DNA of 64,000 nucleotides from Epiperipatus broadwayi (Eukaryota; Animalia; Onychophora): positions 25,358,001 to 25,422,000 of the forward strand of contig JAQFVV010000004.1 of NCBI GenBank assembly GCA_028023455.1, given 5' to 3'. A model generated the notes under the pieces. It was given only the letters and a program-made list of their open reading frames with translations, ran no database searches and was not told the origin of the DNA. The position numbers were made by a program, and so were the translations under genes. Shown here in pieces: positions 37,036 through 49,599 of this stretch (positions are counted from its first letter, which is position 1; the number at the start of each line of letters is the position of its first letter).

Positions 37036-40000
37036 TGCAAAGTTCTTTTTATTATATGTATATACAATGAAAAGAGTTGCATTTCTCATTATAGAATCAT
37101 TCCAAGTGAATGTCATTAGAGAATTTCTTTGTAATACAGTTGTAATTTAGACATTTTTGACAGCCTTCAATTGCAGACTTAAATGTTATATAATCTTTTC
37201 TCATACAAAAGAGGAAGAATGTAGCTTCTATTTGAGTACACCAATGATAATTGATAATTAAAACAATCATGTGCAAATTATATATTTAAATAATAAATAT
37301 ATTTCATTTTTATACAATTTACCATATGTGTTAGTTGAAATATTGTCTGACATTTTAGATGTTATTTTCTTTCTGTCTTACTGACTTTAAAAAACTTGCT
37401 AAATTTGTCATCAATTTATATATTAATGCATACATTGTTCTTACTCATATAAGAAAGATATAAGAAAATGTATTTTTTTTTACTAGCCTCCTTATCATTA
37501 TGTGGCTCATTGCTATAAAATTTTAACTCTGGAGACAAGTTCTTATATCTCTTATCATATTTATTAATTTCAGATTATCAAAAATATTAAGACTATTGCC
37601 AAAGTTGAGCATCAAAAAAATTCATTCTTTATCAGATTGATATATGACAAATGATATAAAAACAAGTTATGGAAAATTCTCTCCTTCAATTGATGTTATT
37701 TATATAGCATGTGGATTTAGACTGTTTATTGTTAACAAGATATTATAAAGAAATCTGTAGATAGTCTTACCAGGAAATAACATTTCTCTATTGCTTATTT
37801 ACAGGTCTATATGTACAGTGAACTCTATAAGTTAGATATAATAATTTTTGATTCTAATTTTGTGAGATTCATATAAGTACAAATAATTTTAGTTTATTAC
37901 TTAGTTGCAAGGGTTTATGATAAATAATTATATTGTTTGAAGAAAGGATTTGATAAGACAGATGCTGTATTCAGTATTTTAAATTTATGAGAACAATACA
38001 CATAGACATACTAAATAAATGTATTGTTACATTGGTCAATTTCTAATTAGTTTTTATTTTTAAAGTTTACTTATTTTATAAAATAATAAAACAGTAATAA
38101 TGTTAAGAATAACAATAACAGCCAAAAATTCTAACTACTCTAATTGATTTTACAGTTTTGTTAAAAGATTGTGGTAATGTTAGTTTTATGATAAGCAGAT
38201 TCCAGATGCAAATAATTCTCCTCACTTACCATATTAATCCCAGTTTATAATAATTTTAACAATGCAGACAATATAATAATTATAGAAACTAGGTCATAAA
38301 TGCAAAGGTGTGATATTTAATCTATTAGATTAATTATACAAGCATGTATTAGTGATGACACACAAAATAACTATTTATAAAATAAGTATATAATAAATTC
38401 ATATGTTAAAATTTATTAAATACTTTTAATACTCTGTGTAGTTTACCTATTGATGGAATGACATCCTTTAATGCTAAATATTCCTAAACAATGTTAAAAA
38501 AAACACACACACACACATAACGGGGGGAATTGAATAAACTATGATCAATCTACATCTTGAGTGCTTTAATATTGCATAATTTCTAGAAACTACCATACAA
38601 ATACTTAATCACTTGATATTAGTATATCATGTTCGATAAAAAGAATATTTTAAGTGTGAGAAAAATAATAATTTTAAAAGTTCGTTAGTTTTTACTTTTA
38701 TTTTTATTAACGGTATTAATATAATATTTTATGTTAAATCATCACAATCATATTCCTATTTCAAATTAGTATTTAATTCATACTTAATGAAAAAGAAATC
38801 AGCTATTGATTAAATATATATATATCCTGACCTTGATTCTCTAACATTATAACATTATTATTTGTTAACCAAATAGCAAAAAAAAAAAAAATACAAGAAC
38901 TTGCACTTCTTTTACTAAAAATCCTTACTTGCTTGGTCATTACTATCCATTTTGTTGATTACCTTAATGATAGTTTCACATTTGGAAAACAAAAACAAAT
39001 AATAATTGATAGTGAAACAAAAAATATTTGCAGTTATTGAAGGAATAAAGTATTGCTGCGCCTTTGAAATAAACAAATAATTCTGGTTTAATTTAAAAAC
39101 TAAAAATTACTTTCTAGAAGTAAATAAATCGATGAATAACCTTGATATTTAAAACTTAATTTTTTTGTTAATGAAAAAAATAATAAATAAAAATTTCAAG
39201 ATTTCTTTTCTTATTTCAATTTAATTTTTATTTAAAATATTTATAACAAATTTGTTTTGCATTTTTGCTTTTTTGTTTGTTTTTTTTAAAAAAAACTCTA
39301 ATATTAAAGTTATCTGCAATTCGGAATTGTATGATAATTTTCACTATTTGGTTATTTTCAAATTCAACCGTATTCCCCCTCCCCCCTTAATATTTTAACT
39401 TTACACATGACTACTTTTTTTAAAAAATTCAATCATTCCTATCTCGTAAAAAATAATTGTGATGTTATCAAAATATACAATTTTTACTCTATAAATATGA
39501 GGGGGAAAATAGTACACACACACATATATATATCTAAACACTTTCAATTAAATAAACTATTTCAGTGGGTTAGTCTAAGACAAGCCTTAAAAACTCTGCT
39601 TTTAAAATTATTGATAAAACTATTTAGGCTTATTTAGAAAGACTTCATAATACAAAAGCAGTACATTTATTTTGCTATGCCAACAATCTGGGATTTAAAC
39701 TTGATTCAAATAAAAAAAAAGTGTCCAAGATGTTTAGTTAGGTCCATTCATAATGTTTGGTAAATGGGTATCTGGTTATCTTTAAGAAGTACATGAAATG
39801 AAGATGAAAACCATTCAATTTTCATTACTCCATCACTGTTTTTTTTTAATAAAGTACTGTTGGATAAATTTGGCAGGAGAATATTTATTTTAAAAAGGAC
39901 AAATAGTTTATTGAGCAAGTTATATTGTAAAGGTCAAAATATTTAATTGAAATAAATGTATTTCTTAAAAATATAGAACAAAATTATAAAATTGAAAAAA

Positions 40001-40450
40001 ATGTAGAAAAAAGAAACTAATGAGTTAAAAAAAACAATAAATAATAATAATAATAAAAAAACATCACAGAATTAGCATAAATCATAACAAATCATTTGGT
40101 GACTTTTGTTGCAGCAACTAGTCTAATAGCTTTTCAGTAATTTAATATTTTACACATAGTCTGTACTATAAAAATTGTTAGAACATTAAATTTATTCTGT
40201 GTTCAATAATTTTTTTTTTAAATTTCAGTTTTAAAAAAACTATATTAATCTATTCTATGGTTGTATGTTAATAAAATTCTTTGAGAGACAAAAAGTACTT
40301 AAATTTATGTTCACATATGGTGTAAACTTGTAATATAACAATATGAATCTTGATGATCTCTTTTCTGCATATCTTTGTATTTTGTCAGCATGAAGAAAAG
40401 TTTAAAAGTGGCTCTTTTATCAAATTATAATAAATAATAAATTATAATAA

Positions 40451-40713
40451 ATAAGCGGAAGATCAGAGAAGCGTACTACATCAGTAATAATAACTACTCT
40501 ATCAATAGACGTGACACCTGCTTCGACATTTCTAAACGCTGGTATAATTAGTCCATTTGCATATGCTTTACATACCACTTCTCCCGCTCCATTTTTACAT
40601 TTTGCAGCTCACAGTACCGCTATGAATATGAGGTAATGGACCTCGAAAGCGCTTAGCGTATATTAATTCTATTATATTCTTGTAGCTTCACTTTCAAGCG
40701 TGACATACGCTTA
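40451..40713 (+). mobile_element. Family E CpG-retaining repeat, probably a PLE pseudo-LTR fragment
   Basis: Abrupt CpG-rich block in AT-rich flanks that contains a complete HHR-like fold. Boundaries are approximate and there is only one copy in the window. Confidence 0.5.
40615..40660 (+). ncRNA. Minimal hammerhead motif with A3-U8 core variant
   Basis: UAC-CGCU-AUGAAUA-U-GAGGU-AAUGG-ACCUC-GAAAGCGCUU-AGCG-UA. Stem II is a perfect 5 bp, stem I is CGCU/AGCG, and AAGCGCUU is an 8-nt palindrome. Confidence 0.72.
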
Positions 40714-41622
40714 ATTTATTTTATAAATATAATAAATAAATGAACTAATTCCTGAATATCATTAAGGAGAATTTTTTAAAACTTATAAAATGCAGAGATG
40801 TTGAGATGAGTTTTGACTTGTTGCAACTTGGAGAGAAGTAAATAAATTATTCAGGAGTTACTAACTTTTGTTATGATCAAATTGTTTATTGGGGTAATGC
40901 AAAAAGAAAAAAAAAATGTTAATCTATTTCACTTTGAACTAACAAACTGAGAATAAATATGATCACAATATTAAAATTTTCATTTTTTAATTAAAGATTA
41001 TTTAGGAAAATTTAAAGAATGAATAAAATATGTGCTTAGAGGGTTCAGTAATTTTTGATTAAAAAGAAGAAAGGTTATTTTTCATTAACTTCTTACCAAG
41101 AAAGACAATGTATTCACATATTCTTAAATAATCAATTATTTTTCATTAATAAAGTTATTTTTGAAATAAAAAATACTTTAATTTTTAAAAAAAGTTATTT
41201 AGATATTTTTCTGCTACTAATTTAATTTAAAAAACGTTTTAAAATACTCACTTTAGTTCCTATTATAATTGGCTGCTGAAGCAAGAATTTTCACTCTCAC
41301 CTACTGGGATAACCCTGATTACTACTATATTCATCAATAGAGGAAATTTTTAGTCAGCTTCAGAGAAATATAGTGACAGTAAGAAAAATAAAGCACACAA
41401 ATTTTTCTTTTAGGAAGAGTTAAATTTAATTAGCATTTCAAAATAATTTGAATTATATACAGAAAATTTCCTATTAAAACAATCTTAAGCATTTTTTTCC
41501 TGTGGCAATTTATTTGAATAAACATCTACTTACATATGTTACTGGATATATCAAAGATTTTAAAATTTATAATGTATTACATTAATAAGCATTTATTTTA
41601 TAACGTCTTGCGTGCGATTATA

Positions 41623-41825
41623 ATTACGATAGACCTGTTAAGCTAATTGTGCAGACGCTGTGAGAATGTTATTAATAAATAACATTTGAGTCGTAAGAGT
41701 AAGAGGATTCCTTTTTACTCTTATACAAATACTATATCATGTGGTTGTTCGAAGGTATTCATTTATTAATAACATTCTCACAGCGTCTGCGCAATTAGCT
41801 TAACAGGCTGTCATTCTATCGTAAT
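41623..41825. mobile_element. CpG-retaining foldback element with ~57-65 bp inverted arms and an inner hairpin
   Basis: ATTACGATAGA-CCTGTTAAGCTAATTGTGCAGACGCTGTGAGAATGTTATTAATAAAT is mirrored at 41761-41825. Inner hairpin TAAGAGTAAGAGG/CCTTTTTACTCTTA. Confidence 0.8.
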
Positions 41826-41906
41826 GTATTACATTGTAAAATCTTTTGTATATATTGTAATGATATAAGGGCGCAAGAGCAATGAGATGTAAGAAGTACA
41901 GAAGTA

Positions 41907-41976
41907 AAACCGGCAAAACTCACTATATATATATTGCCACACACAGCAAGATAGAGTAATCAATGGATGCCAGAAG
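41907..41976 (-). mobile_element. Family B fragment (3' end only)
   Basis: AAACCGGCAAAACTC...ATAGAGTAATCAATGGATGCCAGAAG matches the family B left arm. Confidence 0.7.
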
Positions 41977-44336
41977 TACATAGAACACATTCATTGATAT
42001 AATTTAGTGACAAAGAGTATTTTTTATTACATAAAGACATATAATATATAATAACTGAATTCAAATATTAGCTAAATAAAATGTAAATGTTTGTATATAT
42101 AACTTCTGTTTTAAGAAAATATCATCCATAAATATCTGTGTGTTATATACAATACTATATGTCCAAAAGTGACATGGATTAAATACATACTCTCCCCAGT
42201 AAAATATCTAAGTACAAAAAGCATAACTAAATATATTGGAAAAATTTGATACAATCTTATATCTTCATAAACTTTGTTATATTTCAACTTACCTTCCACT
42301 ATTTCATTGCCATGGATGAATATTTGAATAGAAAATATATATTCAATAGGAAAAACAGGCTAATGAGTGATGATATTCAGTGAATCCAAAATATTTTTAA
42401 TAAGGAAGGTAATCTGGCTATTAATAGTCAAACCAGATATAGGTAAAGAGAACAAACAAATTATTGGCAAATATGAATGGCAGTTTATGCATTGTCCACT
42501 ATATGGTTGAAGCAATGAATCAAGTTCACATTAGAACAGGAATCTGCTAGAATCTAAATCAGATGTAAGGCAAACTGTCATAGTACAGTTGGAAATGTAA
42601 TCATACCTACACATGAGACAAGAAGTCACAGAACAGTTGAAAGTGTCAACTGTACCTACTGGCAAACTATTTTGAATTTAGTTTTAAATAAAATCTATTT
42701 TTATAGTAAAATTGATGGCAAAATTAAATCTAATATTAAAATTTTGGAATTAATAAAAATATGTAAGTTATCATGCTATAATTTAAGATTGGTAATGGAT
42801 TTTTTTCTTTTTATTTGTTAATTAAATTGTTAGCCAATGTAAATAAAAAAAAAGAGAGAAAGTAACTATTTTTTCTTTCATTCATTTATGCAGCAAATCA
42901 ATAATTTATTGAGTTATATATCAAATCTTGATATATTTTTAAATTTGTTTCCACACTATGTTTTCCTAAAAACATTATCAAGAAAGGGTCAAATCTTAAT
43001 AATCAGCTGGTATCAAATCCATTGTTTGAAAAACATGTTGAACAACATTTGAAACAAGCAACTAATACATTCCAATCAAGTCCAACATTTTATATTGCTT
43101 TGTATTCCAATCCAGTCTACTTTTGAAACTGTGTTGCAGTGATTCATGCTGAGGAGAGAAACAACCACTGGATAAAACTGTTTTATCACTGTAACTTAGA
43201 TAGTCACATTTTGCTGATTGTTTCCATTAAAGTATTTTTAATTCTCCAGTCATAACAGCTAGTATGATGATTTTATCTTGTGGAAAATGCAGTTGGATCC
43301 AAAAACTAACCAGCCAATTTTTGTCTTAATAATGCTGTGAAGAAAGAAATAATGCCATAAAAATTACCCAAGACCTGCTGATATTATACTATATATAATA
43401 TCAACCAATGTTGCTGTATTTATTCTCCAACACCACCAGTGCCCAAGGAGAAGAACTACTATCTTTGGAGGAAATAATCTGCTGAAAACCATGGTTTGTA
43501 ACTATTTAAATATTTCACATAGTAAGATCTTATCATCATAAATATTATAAAATCTTAAACTTAAATTAAAAATATCTTTTAGTACTATATTTCATATTTT
43601 GTATATGCATTAATAGGTTGCAATCATATAACCAACAGTTTTTATTTATGCATTATTAAAAAAATATTTTTTTAATTATTTATTTAATTTGTGTTTGCTT
43701 TTAATATTCAATATGCTAATAATATCTATAACCCTGAAAAATCAGGCAATCTACTGGGGGATATTCAGAGATGTCAGTAATAATTTGTAAATGATGATGA
43801 TTATACATTAATAATTTTTTCAAAAGTAAACCTTCTTTATACAAGTTTGCCAATTTATATTTTCATTTATTGAAACTGAAAAACAAATAAAACATGTATG
43901 AAAGGACTAGTACTTAGATTATAAATCATCATCATCACATTAGTTAATATTTTGTATATATTGTAACCTTAAATTCTGCATCCAGAACTTATGTTTTATG
44001 CATTATGATGGTATAATTAATATATATATATATACACACCTGGGTCTTGTTTTATGCGGATTATTTTCTTCTTAATATCTTTCATATTTCACTATATTTA
44101 TTAGATAACAAGAAATTTAAATTATTAATAACTTATGTTGACTTGAAATACTTTTTTTTTTTCAAAAATATCACACTATATTAGCAGCTAATGTGAATAT
44201 GGCCTGAAGCTGTATTTAGAACTTAGCTTCTATATATAGGGTATATGAGCACAGACTTTCACATGACCCACCACTCTCCACACTATCTTATAACACTGAT
44301 ACACTTGAACACATATATGTTGAAAAGATAATAATC

Positions 44337-44380
44337 ACTAATATATGTATTTCATGCTAAACCAGCAATCATCAGTTGGT
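44337..44380 (-). ncRNA. Minimal hammerhead motif, left arm of family G
   Basis: ACCAA-CUGAUGA-U-UGCU-GGUUU-AGCA-U-GAAAUACAUAUA-UUAGU. Confidence 0.65.
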
Positions 44381-44528
44381 CCAGATTACCATCTCTGCAT
44401 CTATATGCTATAAGTGCTCACGTATATGTTAAGATAGCCAATTCTCACACTTTAATGGACAGGCTTCAATCCACTCCACACTCCAACTTTTCAAACATCC
44501 ATCCAATTGAAAATCTGGTGATGGAATA

Positions 44529-44572
44529 ACCAACTGATGATTGCTGGTTTAGCATGAAATATATATATTGGT
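44529..44572 (+). ncRNA. Minimal type-I hammerhead motif, right arm of family G
   Basis: ACCAA-CUGAUGA-U-UGCU-GGUUU-AGCA-U-GAAAUAUAUAUA-UUGGU. Stem I is a perfect 5 bp, stem III is the palindrome AUAUAUAU, and the predicted AUA cleavage is after 44567. Confidence 0.75.
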
Positions 44573-45615
44573 GATTATTTATCTTTTCAACATATGTGTT
44601 CAAGTATGTCAGTGTTATAAGATAGTGTGGAGAGTGATGGGTTGTGTGAAAGTCTGTGATCATATACCCTATATATTACATATATAAACACAGGTATATA
44701 ATAAGCCTGTGTGTTTCAGTTATAACTTAGCTTCTATGTAAATAATCTATTTATAATAAATAATAATAATAGATTTATACTTACATATAAAAATATCGCA
44801 ATAAATATTCAAAAAATTTAAACTTTTAAAATGTATTTTGTTATATATAACAGAAATAAATAATCTTTTAGATTTTTAAAATAAAAAATGAAGATTTTAT
44901 AAATTGAAAATAATCTTTCTAATGATAATGTATAATCTTTTTGTTTTGATTGCAATCTCATTTTTTTAATATAGAAACAGAAAACCATTAACACAGCACA
45001 AGACTGCAAACAGTGCTAGTTGTGCATCACATCACGAATAAAAATAAAGTGGCTAACAGGTTTCTCTGGGCATAATTGCTGAGAGATTCTTGACTTCATG
45101 TTTAAGGAGAAGCCACAATACATCGCATTAATCTGATTTTTTTACCAGTTTACAAATGAACGCTAGCAGTAATGATTAAAATATGTATGAAAAATGTAAA
45201 ATTAAATACTGTAGTAATAAAAAAAAGTTTGTCTTGAATTAATTTTTTTTAAATATTTGAAATTTTTTATTAGTCATACTTTATTTGCTTATTTTTTAAT
45301 GTGAATTTTAAAGTAATTTTTTTTTGTTGCCTTGCTTTTATGCGAATTCTGAAAATTACATCATCTATCTCCCATTTTTCAAGGTAAATTAAGTCTATTT
45401 TTGTGCGATTTTTTTTAATGTAGGTTTTCTGTGGAACCTATCTACCGCATAAAATGAGACCCAGGTGTATATAGTTTATTTTTTTGTTAAATAGGTCAGA
45501 GTGCATATTGAACATAGTAAATCATTTAATGTATTAAAATATTAGTTATAAAAGCTGTTATAATATATTTCTTTATGACAAATTTAAATAAAACGAGTTT
45601 AATATGTTAAAAGTA

Positions 45616-46850
45616 TACCTGTGTCTTGTTTTACGCAATAGATAGGTTTCTCAGAAAACACACGCAAAAGAAATCGCACAAAAATAGATGTAACTTACCT
45701 TGAAAAAGGGGGGATATGGACTGTGATTTTTCAAAAATCGCATAAAAGCAAAGCACCAACGTAAAATGATTTTAAAATTCGTACAAAAAAAAAATAAGGA
45801 AATAAAATATGACTAATAAAAAATTTCAAATTTGAAAAAAATTGATACAAGACAAACTTTTTTTAACTATAATATTTAATTTTATTCAAAACAATATATT
45901 TTTATGCATAATTTACAGTACAGTACTATAATTTACATTTTTTATACGCATTTTAATTATTATTGCTATTTGCCATAAACAGATTTGTTTGCAAACTGAT
46001 AAAAAATCAGATTCTTCGCAAGAGGAAATACAACTAGCACCAACTTCACTCTCATGTTGTGTGAATGGTTTTCTGGTGACAACATAATTAGTAATTAATC
46101 TTTGGGATGATGATTTTATTAATTGTTTATGAAGCTCGTGATAATCCAGACATACAACCATTTAGCTCTCGTTGGAATTTAAAAGCACGTTATGATAATA
46201 AAAAGACATTTATTCACCACTGCTGGGAAAAATTTAATTAAAACTAACAACTAAAAATGGTATAAATTCTTATTTTTGTCTTTAATTTTTTAATTTTCAA
46301 TTCTGTTTAAAAATCAAATTTCATTTCACATCACATTAATTTCAGGTCTCCTTAAGTAATTTTTAAATTGTTAATTACAATTAGAAATCAGATTTTAATT
46401 TTTAATTGTCAAATTTGATTGTGCTTACTGCTATTACTCACCTTTTAAAAATAAACTTGCGGACACTAAATGATTAATAATTGACTACGTTCTTTTTTAA
46501 AAAGCAAAAACAGAATGTGATTTAAAATGCAAAATTAACATGCACAATATTTGAACAAATTTACATTATAATTTTGTAAAATTTAATGTGTGTATACATA
46601 AAATGTGGAAATCATAATTTTAATTTCATTATTGCATAAAATCTTACTATTATAAAGTGCTGAAAATATTGAAATTACTAAGATGAAAATCGAATTCCAA
46701 TAATGTGATATTACTTTTAATATGACGTAAGTGCATGAAATTTATTATTTAAAGTAATAGTGCATTATCGGAGTTCGGCTTCCAAAGAAACATGAATTGT
46801 GTAACTTCAAAATCGCGTTACATAAATCCGTGTAAAATGAGACCCAGGTG
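45616..46850 (-). mobile_element. Family F pogo/Tigger-like deletion derivative, ~1.24 kb
   Basis: TA-flanked TIRs TACCTGTGTCTTGTTTTACGC and GTGTAAAATGAGACCCAGGTG. Minus-strand CLDYHELHKQLIKSSSQRLITNYV resembles the Tigger transposase C-terminal tail. Confidence 0.8.
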
Positions 46851-47829
46851 TATAACTATAACTAATTCTGTAATTATAAACATTTTAAAAATCATGGATT
46901 CAATATTTTAATTAAAGGATAGTGTATTCTTATCTTAAAATGTACTTCCTCATTAAATGTAGCTTAGATAAAGTTTATTAAATATTCATCTTGAAATATT
47001 TATCTTAAGTAGAATTAAAAGAAAGGAAATATTACTTTCCAGAAATTATAGCTAATTATAAATATGTCATGAAAAGATTGACTTTCTGTTTGTGTGTTTT
47101 ATCATTCAATAAAATATATATGTTAAAATATTTTCCTATTATGGGAATATTTTTACTTTCTATGAAAATAAAATATTTCATCTAGATATTTTATTTATTA
47201 TGACAGATAAAATAAATATGCTTTTATAATGTCTTAATGCTTTTAGAAATTCATTTTACTTCAAATTTAAATAGTATTAAGTTCTCTACAAAAATTATAT
47301 TGTTTTTCATAAATATTCATATTAATAATCCTCATTTGAATATTTTTTGCTTACTATTATAATGGTCAAAAATGTGCAGATGACATGAAAAATGTTCAAG
47401 GGTAATTTGCATGCAGCTCCACATTTCGATATCACATGATCACAAATATTTTCTTTTTATATCCCACTAAAGACAGATTCAAGAGAACTCTTATCATATT
47501 TTAATTACCATTGTTGATTAAAATTAATGACAACTGCTAGAATAATAAAAAATTATGATTTGTTTATGTATATACACAAAACAAATAACACAATTGAGAG
47601 AAATCCTTGGGAAATATTAGTCTATTGGTCTTTATTCTGGGGTTTATGCATGGGTGGGTGTGTATAAAATTAGTCAATATTAAAAGACATTAAAAATTTA
47701 CTCTAGAAAAAAAATAAATAAAATTATGCAAATACAAAAATATCCTAGATATGCTAATTTGCACAATTTGCAAGAAGATAATAATTAAGCTATTTATGCA
47801 AATTAGCATAACAATATTTAATAATCTAA

Positions 47830-49527
47830 AAACTAGATTAAAATCGAGAAAACATATTTAACATGTAATCTAATAATTCAAAAGAGGAAATAATTATAAA
47901 AATCCCAATTTTCATAACACAAATATATACACCTGGGTCTCTTTTTACGCGGACTTATTTAACACGATTTTGAAGTTACGCGATTCGTGTTTCACTGGAA
48001 GTCGAACTCCGATATTGCACTATTACTTTAAATAATAAATTTCATGCACTTACATTATATTGAAAGTAATAGCACATTATTGAAATTTGACTTTCAACTT
48101 AGTAATTTCAATATTTTCAGGCTTTATAATAGTAAGATTTTATGCAATAATGAAATTAAAATCATGATTTCCACATTTTATGTATGCACACATTAAATTT
48201 TACAAGATTATAATGTAAGTTTGTTCAAACATTGTGCGTGTTAATTTTGCATTTTAAATCACATTCTGTTTTTGCTTTTTAAAAAACAACGTAAGGTTTA
48301 TTTTTAAAAGGTGAGTGATAGCAGTGGGCACAATTAAAATTGAAAATTAAAGACAAAAATAAGAATTTAATTTTTAGTTGTTAGATTAATTACTAATTAC
48401 GTTGTCACCAGAAAACCATTAATTAACACAACATGAGAGTGACATTGGCGCTAGTTGTATTTTATCTTGTGAAGAATCTGATTTTTTTATCAGTTTGCAA
48501 ACGAACATGTTTACTGGCAAATAGTGATAATAATTAAAACGTATATAAAAAAATATAAATTACTGTAAATTATGTATAAAAATATATTGTTTTGAATAAA
48601 ATTAAATATTATAGTTAAAAAAAGTTTGTCTTTTATCAATTTTTTTCAAATTTGAAATTTTTTATTAGTCATATTTTATTTCCTTATTTTTTTTTTTTGC
48701 ACGAATTTTAAACTAAGTTTTACGTTGGTGCTTTGCTTTTACGTGAGTTTTGAAAAATCACAGTCCATATCCCCCCTTTTTCAAGGTAAGGTACATCTAT
48801 TTTTGCACAATTTCGTTTGCATGTGTTTTTTGAGGAACCTATCTATCACGTAAAACGAGACCCAGGTGTAATCAAAACTTTATAACAGAGGAGTCCACTT
48901 CCTGTTGTGAGCAGGAGCATTTCACTGCTGCTGGATCCACAAAGATGGAAGGATTCACATATTCAAGATGGGAGTTGGTAAGAAAATAAATGATAAAACA
49001 TAAGTAACCACTTGTTTTAACTTTTTATACCTTTTTAAGAAACTTTAAATCAGTTTTAAGCCAAAATAACTCAATTCACCAATCGTTTTATTCTATGCAA
49101 ATGGCCACCATTAATCAAGCAAAAGCTAATATAAGTAACCACTAAAATCATTAAAACTAGATTAAAATCTAGAAAACATATTTAATATGTAATCTAATAA
49201 TTCAAAAGAGGAAATAATAAAAAATCCCAATTTTCATAACACAAATATATAATTAAAACTTTATAACAGAGGAGTCCACTTCCTGTTATGAGCAGGAGCA
49301 TTTCACTGCCTGCTGGCTCCACAAGAATGGAAGGATTCACATATTCAAGACAAGAGTTGGTAAGAAGACAAATGATAAAACATAAGTGACCACTTGTTTT
49401 AAACTTTTACACCTGTTCAAGAAACTTTAAATCAGTTTTAAGCCAAAATAACAATTTACCAATCGTTTTATTCTATGCAAATAGGCACCAGTAATGAAGC
49501 AAAAGCTAATATAAGTAACCACTAAAT
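47830..49527 (+). repeat. Tandem duplication of a ~375-bp unit, the first unit split by family F
   Basis: Unit 1 is 47830-47929 plus 48871-49152. Unit 2 is about 49153-49527. Both share AAAACTAGATTAAAATC...ATAAGTAACCACTAAA. Confidence 0.88.
47930..48868 (+). mobile_element. Family F pogo/Tigger-like deletion derivative, ~0.94 kb
   Basis: TIRs CACCTGGGTCTCTTTTTACGCG and CGTAAAACGAGACCCAGGTG with a TA duplication. The empty site is preserved in the neighbouring duplicate at ~49243-49258. Confidence 0.9.
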
Positions 49528-49599
49528 ACAAACCGTTAGATTTTATAATTGGAACTCTAATTATATGCATCAAAATTAGATCTCAACTTGGATTAGAAG

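Larger units (their letters stand above)
44234..44723. mobile_element. Family G palindromic PLE-type insertion with 14-bp TSD
   Basis: Inverted arms of ~145 bp (44232-44378 and 44530-44676), a ~150-bp spacer and a 47-bp 3' extension. Flanked by AACTTAGCTTCTAT at 44220-44233 and 44724-44737. Confidence 0.85.
44037..45467 (+). mobile_element. Family F pogo/Tigger-like non-autonomous element, older copy interrupted by family G
   Basis: Left TIR CACCTGGGTCTTGTTTTATGCG and right TIR CGCATAAAATGAGACCCAGGTG followed by TA. The 3' part aligns to 48.5-48.9 kb. Confidence 0.65.

Noticed and set aside
42990-43500. Possible BEL/Pao LTR remnant (IKTKIGWLVFG on the minus strand)
   Set aside because: It rests on a single short motif with no LTRs or second domain.
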